From NCBI RefSeq assembly GCF_009720735.1, contig NZ_WNKU01000006.1, positions 123,809 to 155,808 on the forward strand: a DNA stretch of 32,000 nt. The letters are read 5' to 3'. The DNA comes from Heliobacterium mobile. Its GTDB lineage: Bacteria; Bacillota; Desulfitobacteriia; Heliobacteriales; Heliobacteriaceae. Of this stretch, positions 17,862 through 24,712 are shown piece by piece. Position numbers and translations under genes: made by a program. Numbering within the stretch: position 1 is the first letter of the stretch; each line of letters begins with the position of its first letter. The notes under the pieces are model-generated. The model was not told where the DNA came from. It saw only the letters and a program-made list of their open reading frames with translations, and made no database searches.

Positions 17862-17902
17862 CAAAAACAAAGCACCAACGACATGCACGTCATTGGTGCT
17901 TT
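17862..17902 (-). terminator. intrinsic terminator closing the intron-like RNA region
   Basis: On the minus strand, aaagcaccaatgacg-tgca-tgtcgttggtgcttt forms a perfect 15-bp stem followed by gtttttg. Confidence 0.75.
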
Positions 17903-18263
17903 ACGATATCCCTCAAAACTACACAGAGAGGAAAATTTGATTTGATTCCGCTACGGACGTCTCCCGGGTTGTACCGGCGCTAAAGCGCCGACGCCTAAGG
18001 TCGCCCAGTCCCGCTGCATCAAATCATTTTTTCTGGACAAAAGTTTTGCGCATGGTTAAGGTAAAGTCCTCGACCGATTCGTACCCGTCGACTGAACGCC
18101 TCACGGCGTGTACATCTCGGGCCGATCGACCAGGTCATCTTCCAGGGGTCTTACCTCTTTCGAGGAACCTCGCGATGAATACCCTTTCCCTTGGCTAACG
18201 GTTGGTACAGCCAACCTCCGTTCTGGACTTTCACCCTAGAGTTATTGCCCATTCCAAGCGCAC
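17903..18263 (-). mobile_element. group II intron-like RNA (class C-like domain I), ORF-less and probably truncated
   Basis: The minus strand starts GUGCGC one nt after the T6 run of the upstream terminator. CUCUAGGGUGAAAGUCCAGAAC, then a hairpin, then GUUAGCC parallels what I recall of Oceanobacillus iheyensis group IIC intron domain I (UAUAGGGUGAGAGUCCCGAAC, hairpin, GUUAGCC). GGUGAAAGUCC can pair with the downstream GGACUUUACC. I found no reverse transcriptase ORF and no convincing domain V. Confidence 0.45.
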
Positions 18264-18264
18264 C

Positions 18265-18300
18265 AAAAAAGAGCCGCCAGGTTTTACACCTGACGGCTAC
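18265..18300 (-). terminator. intrinsic terminator of the SLOG-TM/RyR operon
   Basis: On the minus strand, agccgtcagg-tgtaaaa-cctggcggct forms a 10-bp stem (one G-U pair) followed by tttttt, 8 nt after the RyR gene stop. Confidence 0.85.
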
Positions 18301-18308
18301 TCTTTAAA

Positions 18309-18599
18309 TCATTCGTCAACTTTTACAATCCGATATCCAAGCGCTACAATCGCCTTCAACGTCTGCATCGCCGCATTTCGATCATAGTCTTTTTCCGACT
18401 CTGGTAATTCTTCGTATGCAATTAGACAGGGATGAAGTTTCTTTTGGTCGTCACGCTGTTCACCGTATTGCCAGCCATCCTTGAACCGCTGTGTGGCCCA
18501 AACATCATGGGCATGTTTTGACAGCAACTCGGTTAATTTCAGGATTTCATTCGTCAGTTGTACTTTCGACGTGTCCATCGGCTTTGGAATATAAGTCAT
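18309..18599 (-). CDS. stand-alone RyR (ryanodine-receptor repeat) domain protein
   Basis: 96 aa with AAGGAG as RBS. HDVWATQRFKDGWQYGEQRDDQKKLHPCLIAYEELPESEKDYDRNAAMQTLKAIVALGYRI matches the bacterial RyR-domain consensus as I recall it. Confidence 0.8.
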   Translation of the reverse strand: MTYIPKPMDTSKVQLTNEILKLTELLSKHAHDVWATQRFKDGWQYGEQRDDQKKLHPCLIAYEELPESEKDYDRNAAMQTLKAIVALGYRIVKVDE

Positions 18600-18689
18600 C
18601 TTTTTTCTCCTTACTACGGAATTTATCGACAGTCAACTACTATTTTTATTATAACACAACTTTAGCATTATCGTTATCCAACGTCTACG

Positions 18690-20465
18690 TTACGCCCGGC
18701 GGACTTGTAGAGGCCGAGCCCGGTGCAGGTGAACCCAGTCACCGTTTTCAGCCAAGGCTTCTTTCCCTAGTTCTAGGACGAGTCCTTGAGCCGCTGAATA
18801 ATCGGAGGCGACTAGACAACGGCTCATTTCTGTGGCGGCCCGCTGAAAGATTTCACTCATTACCTCGTACTGCTTGGACTGATCTGAGAGTGCTGATTTT
18901 TCCGCGTAGCCCTCAAATGTAGCCGCGATGGCCGGAGTAAACCCCATGAATACGATCAGCAAGTGATGTAGATCGACTCCAAAGGCATGTTTGAAGTCTT
19001 CATATAAGTGATGCATATAGGGGTCGAGTGCAACAACGATGACCGATAAAGCGAGGCCGCCTACAAAAAAAATCTCAATCCACCGATCGAACCCTTCCAA
19101 TTTATGACGATCCCGCTTTGACGCTTTTTCAAAGAAATTGCATTGGTTCTGGATCCAATGGGTATTCAGTAATTCAAGTAATTTTCTCTCTTTCGATGTA
19201 GAAAGGGCATCCCTCTCCATCGTCATCTGCTGGTTGCCATCAGCGCACCCGGCAGCAATGTTGGCGAATCGAATGGCATTTCGAAGCCAAAGCAGTTCGT
19301 TTCGCTGTTTTCGAAGGTAGTGGTCAGCCACTTCATTGTCTAAACCTGCCAGATGCCAGAAAAACTGAATCCGCAATCCCTCCGCGAGGGCACGATAATC
19401 CAGATGTTTGTTCTGGTAGTTTTTCGAGTTAGCCCGACGGTAGATAAGATAGGCGATAAAAAGTGTGAGTGGGTATAGTCCCAGCATAAGCCGGGATTCC
19501 AGGAACATATGAGCATACAACTCAAAAAATAAAACGGCGGCTAAACCAAGAGCGAACAACTGTCCAATGGCACTACGGCGAATATCAGCAAAATGGATAG
19601 CCATCATATCGGATAAGGCGTAGTGATCTAACAATGATCGTGCCCTATCGGTTAGGACACTCTCCTCTTTGCCAGGCCAGAGCCATTCGCGACTTTGGCA
19701 GATGGCTTCGCTTTTTTTGGGGATTAGTTCTACGGCATCTGCGTTATACGCCTCGATCTGTTCAAATATCCGTCGTTCCGAATTCGCCGACGCTGCTCCT
19801 TTCTTCCCATCGCCGGGAAAAAGAGTAACCAACTGAAAAGGCTTCCCTTTAGGGGTTGGATTGCTATCCCGAGGCGTAACGATGTGGTACACCATCCCTG
19901 TATCAATAGGATCGAGCAAGTTCCGTGGAGGGGCATATGGCTCACCGATGCCTTGGCACTTGAACCGGACGACATGAGCGGATCCTCCGATGCGTCCGTT
20001 ATCTACACCATCCCAAAGAGCGATCAAGATATGGCTATGGCGAACGATGTAGGCCCCAATACGGGCGTAGCGTAGCGCGTCACTGTTCGGCTCGCCTTCC
20101 CTAACAGATAAAGGAATAGAAACAACTCTGTCCGCTTTTTTGACCAGTTCCAGATACTCGGCCCGTGACGACTCCGTGTCCGTTTCGGTAACATTGGCTT
20201 CCCCCTCTTCTAAAAGGGGGACTATTAATCGGCATCCGCAATCTAAGGCAACTTGAGCGACTAATCGGTCTGCTCCTTCCGCTAGCGGCGAAAGAAGGAC
20301 AACTGGTGTATGGGGATAGCTCGATCGCAGATCATTAAAGATTTTTCGTACCTGCTCTTCCAGTGACAAACGGTCGCCATTTCGCAGGTCCCGATGACCC
20401 GTCACACCAATAACAATAGGGATCAAAGGTTCGTTCCTGTCGTAAGTGCCCGTTGCTTTAATCAC
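18690..20465 (-). CDS. SLOG-like (YpsA/LOG/DprA-type Rossmannoid) domain fused to four TM helices (SLATT-like 2TM pairs)
   Basis: GAAGGAGG lies 7 nt upstream of GTG 20465; the track start at 20519 has no RBS. The N-terminal motifs are IVIGVTGHRDL, LSPLAEGADRLVAQVAL and ILIALWDG..GGSAHVV. There are two TM hairpins: LFALGLAAVLFFELY with LGLYPLTLFIAYLIY, and IFFVGGLALSVIVVAL with LLIVFMGFTPAIAATF. Confidence 0.6.
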   Translation of the reverse strand: MIKATGTYDRNEPLIPIVIGVTGHRDLRNGDRLSLEEQVRKIFNDLRSSYPHTPVVLLSPLAEGADRLVAQVALDCGCRLIVPLLEEGEANVTETDTESSRAEYLELVKKADRVVSIPLSVREGEPNSDALRYARIGAYIVRHSHILIALWDGVDNGRIGGSAHVVRFKCQGIGEPYAPPRNLLDPIDTGMVYHIVTPRDSNPTPKGKPFQLVTLFPGDGKKGAASANSERRIFEQIEAYNADAVELIPKKSEAICQSREWLWPGKEESVLTDRARSLLDHYALSDMMAIHFADIRRSAIGQLFALGLAAVLFFELYAHMFLESRLMLGLYPLTLFIAYLIYRRANSKNYQNKHLDYRALAEGLRIQFFWHLAGLDNEVADHYLRKQRNELLWLRNAIRFANIAAGCADGNQQMTMERDALSTSKERKLLELLNTHWIQNQCNFFEKASKRDRHKLEGFDRWIEIFFVGGLALSVIVVALDPYMHHLYEDFKHAFGVDLHHLLIVFMGFTPAIAATFEGYAEKSALSDQSKQYEVMSEIFQRAATEMSRCLVASDYSAAQGLVLELGKEALAENGDWVHLHRARPLQVRRA

Positions 20466-20583
20466 TGATTGGCCTCCTTCAGTGAAACATAGGGGTAGTA
20501 CAATATTTATGTACACCATTCTTTATTTCTTTGAACATTCCTTCAAAAGCAAGCCTATTTTTAGCATACTTACCTAAATAGAA

Positions 20584-22833
20584 CTAAATCGGCTGAAAGA
20601 GGATACCTAGTCGTCCTTTTACCTCTGAAATCGTTACACTGACTATATCGAAACGGTCTATACCGGCCGAACGCAGACATTGAACATTAACCGATCGTTC
20701 TTCCGGTGTCGCTTGAATAGCCGACAACAGGTCTTCATCATTTGTAACAGCTTTGCCATCATAACCGATGATGATGTCGTTTACCCGGATGCCGCTCTTT
20801 TCCGCGATTCCACCTTCGACGAGCTCTGAAACAAAAATTCCTCCGTCCACACCCAGCGTCTCGATTTGAGCCGTAAAGAGTTCCGATGCTTTGATGTAGG
20901 GCTTAAAGTCATCGGAAACCATTTGCTCGCATCGGGACAGTGCACCTAGAGACTCATAGATACGTCCTTCTCGCCTAAGCAGATAAGCTTTTCGCAGAAT
21001 CCCGTCGAACCGATCGGTAGGGCGAACTATTAAGGCATCAAAATCAATCGGTTCAGAAGGATTTTGATAGGGCATAGAGGTAATTAAGTGTTTCAATCGG
21101 GGCAAGTCGGGATGGTTTATGTTCCTAGAGACAAAAAAGTTTAGTGTCTCCAAGGCAATGCCGCCGAAATACTCGTCTTCGAAGTATTTGGTACCGCCGT
21201 CTGCCGAAAGGGTCAATAACCGTTTTACCTTCCGGTCCTTATGTTTAATAAAGATGTCTTTCGCCAAATCGAATTGGTTTGTAAAGAGGTACGCCACACC
21301 GAGATTTAAAATAGCTACATCTTCCTCTGGATTGGCGTCAAAAGCTAATTGTGCCGCATGAAGAGCCTGCGAGGGGTCTCCATCGAGCAAAAAGAAGGTT
21401 GTCGCCGAAACATACAATTGACCGATGTTTTCGTAGTCACCGATCGCCTTAAAGTTTTCTTCACTCTTGATTAGCGCTTCACGGGCCTCTGAAATATGGT
21501 CAATGGCCATATAGGCTTCACCCAATTGCCGGTACAGAATGCCGTTTAGCTGCCTAACTTGAGCTCGGACAGGAGGGTCCTCTGCATCTGCCAGCCCCCC
21601 CAAGAGATCGATGCTGTTTTGAAAGCATTCGACCGATTTATTCAACTCGTTCAGGTGAAGCCATCGTTCCCCCAAACGTTCGTAATTCGCCACCCGTTCC
21701 AATTTGGCGATTATATCGTCTTCATTACGGTCAATGAGTTGATCTAATGTCTTTATATTGGCATCCAAGATTTCGGTGACGATGGGACTTACTTGAGGAA
21801 AGCGACGTAGCCGATCAGGAATGTCAAAAGTCAACTGGTTAATCCGGTCCAAAGCTAGATTCTTTTGAAATTCTGCCCTTTCCTTCTCACTGTCAGCGAT
21901 AGACTTCTGCAAAAGTGCTTCTACTTTTTGCTCGTCCGCCAGGATGCGGGAGGCCTGCTCTTTTTCTCGAGCTTCTTCAGCGGTCAACCTAGCCTCCTTT
22001 TCCTTCCCTTCTGCATCTTCAGCATGCTTACGCATAAGCATTTCCTGAAGCTTGGCCCGTTCACTCTCCGAAAGTGCTTGTTCCGCCATCATACGGGCTT
22101 CCCGCTCATTTTCTCGGGCCTTTTCCGCCTCAATCCGAAGATTGTCCGTGTATTGCCACTGCCGATAACTGTACAATCCGAAAAGCAATAAAAGGGCCAT
22201 AACGGAAGCCGCAGTAATTTCCCACTGCCGGATTTGCCGCTCTCGGTGCCGCTGTTTCAAGTCGTCAAAGGTGCAACCAATAATGGGCGCTATCAGGCGA
22301 AGCTTTTCTGTCTTCAGCAGGGCCATTGATTTTCGAAAACTTGTAGCCCTAATATCGGCGGCCAGCGGTTCAATTTCTACGGAAGTACGGTTGACAGCAC
22401 CATTATCGTCGATAAAGGTCCGTTCGATGTTACAAAGTTGCTTAGGAAAGGATTCTGCAGGTTCTCCCTCAATAAGCAAGGCAAGAATTTGTTTTTCCCG
22501 GCCCAATTCCATAAAGATTTGAATCTCCCTGGCGATCCAATCTGATTGGGGCGTTCGCGGGGAGCAGATAACGATCAAAAACCTGGATTGATGCAAGGCC
22601 TCCCGGATGCTGTCACTGAGGTTGTTCGTTGTGGGGAGTTCATCACGGTCTCGGAAAACCCGCTCAAGCCGTCTCGGCACCCCCTTTTCTACTAGTATTC
22701 GGGGAACTTTATACGTTTCAAGAGCGGTATGCAGCTGTTCGGCGATTCTCTTATCTGGCTGGGTGTGCCGATAACTTATGAACGCGTCATAGCGAAAATC
22801 GATGATTTCTCGCAATCCCTTCCCCTCCCCCAT
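20584..22833 (-). CDS. TIR - single TM - coiled coil - TPR-like - PDZ protein
   Basis: The TIR signature is YDAFISYRH...FLIVICSPRTPQSDWIAREIQIF...LLIEGEP. A basic KQRHRERQIRQW stretch precedes the TM ITAASVMALLLLFGLYSY. An E/K/R-rich coiled coil and helical repeats follow. The C-terminal region is PDZ-like (GIFVSELVEGGIAEKSGIRVNDIIIGYDGKAV). The start is uncertain: ATG 22833 has a weak RBS. Confidence 0.85.
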   Translation of the reverse strand: MGEGKGLREIIDFRYDAFISYRHTQPDKRIAEQLHTALETYKVPRILVEKGVPRRLERVFRDRDELPTTNNLSDSIREALHQSRFLIVICSPRTPQSDWIAREIQIFMELGREKQILALLIEGEPAESFPKQLCNIERTFIDDNGAVNRTSVEIEPLAADIRATSFRKSMALLKTEKLRLIAPIIGCTFDDLKQRHRERQIRQWEITAASVMALLLLFGLYSYRQWQYTDNLRIEAEKARENEREARMMAEQALSESERAKLQEMLMRKHAEDAEGKEKEARLTAEEAREKEQASRILADEQKVEALLQKSIADSEKERAEFQKNLALDRINQLTFDIPDRLRRFPQVSPIVTEILDANIKTLDQLIDRNEDDIIAKLERVANYERLGERWLHLNELNKSVECFQNSIDLLGGLADAEDPPVRAQVRQLNGILYRQLGEAYMAIDHISEAREALIKSEENFKAIGDYENIGQLYVSATTFFLLDGDPSQALHAAQLAFDANPEEDVAILNLGVAYLFTNQFDLAKDIFIKHKDRKVKRLLTLSADGGTKYFEDEYFGGIALETLNFFVSRNINHPDLPRLKHLITSMPYQNPSEPIDFDALIVRPTDRFDGILRKAYLLRREGRIYESLGALSRCEQMVSDDFKPYIKASELFTAQIETLGVDGGIFVSELVEGGIAEKSGIRVNDIIIGYDGKAVTNDEDLLSAIQATPEERSVNVQCLRSAGIDRFDIVSVTISEVKGRLGILFQPI

Positions 22834-22974
22834 AAGCCCGTTAACGAATAATCAATAACCTCTTCTTTATACATATGTAACTTTATATTTATACCTATAG
22901 GAGGATATTTTTTACTTCCAGCGAATAATTCCTGCAAGATCAAGCTGGAATTTATGAAATTGGAGGGAGCGCCT

Positions 22975-23922
22975 GTGAAACAAAAACAGTTGGTTGGACT
23001 ACGTTCGACTGAGTACGAACACCCCTTTGATCGGAACGCGCTGGAAGCACTAAGAGGAACACCTGGGTTGGAAACGATCGTAAAAAAGTTCAACCATTAT
23101 GGTATCGAAAAACTTTTGAAAATCCGCTATACCGGCAGCAATATTAAGGTAGATGATCGTAACTATCCCGAACTCTATGATACGTTACGGCAAGTCTGCG
23201 CCATTATCGATCTGCCCGAAATACCCGATCTGTACATCCAGTGGGGGTACGAGATCAACGCCTTTACAGCCGGTGTGGAAAAACCGATCATCGTGCTGAA
23301 TTCAAGCTGTATTGATTTTTTGTCCAAAGAAGAGTTGATGTTCATCATCGGCCACGAGGCCGGCCACATCAAGAGCCAGCATGTCCTATACCATCAAATC
23401 GCTGAGGTCTTACCAATTATGGGCGACATCATAGGCAATGCCACTCTTGGCATTGGAAGCCTAATTTCTACCGGTGCCGAGATCGCCTTGTTGAACTGGC
23501 AGCGTATGTCCGAATTTACCGCCGACCGGGCCGGCCTGCTAGCTTGCCAGGATGCCAACATAGCTACCAAAGCCATGGTCAAGCTGGCCGGTGTACCGCA
23601 AAAATATTTCAACTCTATCAATGTTGAGGAATTCATTGCTCAGGCGAAAGAGTTTGAAGGCTATGACTATGATACGCTAGACAAGATCGTCAAGCTGATG
23701 AGCACGATGTGGATGAGCCACCCCTGGACGGTCATGCGCGGCGCCGAGTTTTTCAAGTGGATCGATACGGGCGAGTATGACCGTTTACTCAGTGCTAATC
23801 GGCTAGAAAACCTTATCGGAAACAGTAATGCGAGTGGTACCGGTAAAATGGCCTGCCCGAACTGCGGCGCAACCCTGAAAGGTGTTGAAAAGTTCTGTCC
23901 CTATTGTGGGAATAAGATATAA
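22975..23922 (+). CDS. M48-family zinc metallopeptidase with C-terminal zinc ribbon
   Basis: It has HEAGH (HExxH) and a downstream EFTADR third ligand. The C-terminus is CPNCGATLKGVEKFCPYCGNKI. GGAGGGAG lies 5 nt upstream of in-frame GTG 22975; the track ATG is at 22954. Confidence 0.8.
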   Translation: MKQKQLVGLRSTEYEHPFDRNALEALRGTPGLETIVKKFNHYGIEKLLKIRYTGSNIKVDDRNYPELYDTLRQVCAIIDLPEIPDLYIQWGYEINAFTAGVEKPIIVLNSSCIDFLSKEELMFIIGHEAGHIKSQHVLYHQIAEVLPIMGDIIGNATLGIGSLISTGAEIALLNWQRMSEFTADRAGLLACQDANIATKAMVKLAGVPQKYFNSINVEEFIAQAKEFEGYDYDTLDKIVKLMSTMWMSHPWTVMRGAEFFKWIDTGEYDRLLSANRLENLIGNSNASGTGKMACPNCGATLKGVEKFCPYCGNKI

Positions 23923-23926
23923 AAAT

Positions 23927-23961
23927 AAGCCGGTTGCTTTGTTACTGAAAGCATCCGGCTT
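23927..23961. terminator. terminator hairpin between convergent genes
   Basis: aagccggttgcttt / aaagcatccggctt forms a stem flanked by aaaaat upstream and ttcttc downstream. Confidence 0.55.
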
Positions 23962-24042
23962 TCTTCAGTTGTCGTTCATCGGGAACTTGACCATCTTGTG
24001 GTGCCAAAAACACTATGTATAAGAACGATTTGCTGGTGTAGA

Positions 24043-24501
24043 TTATTCAAACCGAGTCCCACAGTTTGGGCAAAACTTCCCCTCTCTACGTTCTTCACCA
24101 CAGTTTTGACAGAAACGGGTTGCCTTTTGGCCTATACCCTTTTGCAAAGCAGAGAATAGATCCTCCACTGCTTTATGGCAAAAACCTCCTCCCATAGCTT
24201 GAAAGGAAAGTAGCAGTCGAATCGACAAATTCACCTCGGAACAATTTCCCTGCGGCATCACCTTGGCATCCAACCTGTACGACGTAGTGGAATCGCTCAG
24301 TGCATTGAACATCTTTAAGGCGTTTTTGTATATTGCATAGGCCTCAATCGTACCGTTCGCTGGGTTCTTCTTCTCTATCTGCCACCACATATTCATGCCC
24401 ACCAGTTGGAGTGGTGTCGTTTCGATCGTTTGGATCAATTGTTCAAAGGCTTGTTGTGGTGATTCGGGAAATTGGCGTTTCTCTTCGTAATGAGCGGACA
24501 T
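24043..24501 (-). CDS. hypothetical protein with C-terminal zinc ribbon
   Basis: AGGGAGGA lies 7 nt upstream of ATG 24501; the track start at 24627 has no RBS. 152 aa, ending CQNCGEERREGKFCPNCGTRFE. Confidence 0.7.
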   Translation of the reverse strand: MSAHYEEKRQFPESPQQAFEQLIQTIETTPLQLVGMNMWWQIEKKNPANGTIEAYAIYKNALKMFNALSDSTTSYRLDAKVMPQGNCSEVNLSIRLLLSFQAMGGGFCHKAVEDLFSALQKGIGQKATRFCQNCGEERREGKFCPNCGTRFE

Positions 24502-24712
24502 ATTAAATTCCTCCCTATTTGCTGCTATATTTTTATAGTATTTAGAACGCAGCGTACTTCTCAAGACAATCAATAGCAGAGCCAACGTCTTCCGCATAAT
24601 CAACAGCTCTATCATTGACGCGCACAATTATATATCTTTCGTCAAGTCTAGCCTCTACGGTTGATTAATTGCCTCTTGAGTTTTCCCTTCGAATCGAAAT
24701 GTTCTAGTTAGT

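Noticed and set aside
17869-17902. The 34-nt hairpin containing AGC might be group II intron domain V.
   Set aside because: The length and the AGC triplet fit. But the stem is a perfect 15-bp helix with no 2-nt bulge, the loop is UGCA rather than GNRA, and a U-run follows immediately. I saw no domain VI-like hairpin with a bulged A downstream. I treated it as an intrinsic terminator.
17862-18263. The structured ~400-nt region might be a riboswitch or leader (cobalamin, T-box), RNase P RNA, tmRNA or 6S RNA.
   Set aside because: The GGUGAAAGUCC segment briefly suggested a cobalamin riboswitch. There is no GCCACUG B12 box and no T-box AGGGUGGUACCGCG-like sequence. There is also no GAGGAAAGUCC/ACAGAA RNase P pair and no tRNA-like tmRNA ends. 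The GUGCG start right after a terminator fits a group IIC intron better. This remains unverified without cmsearch.
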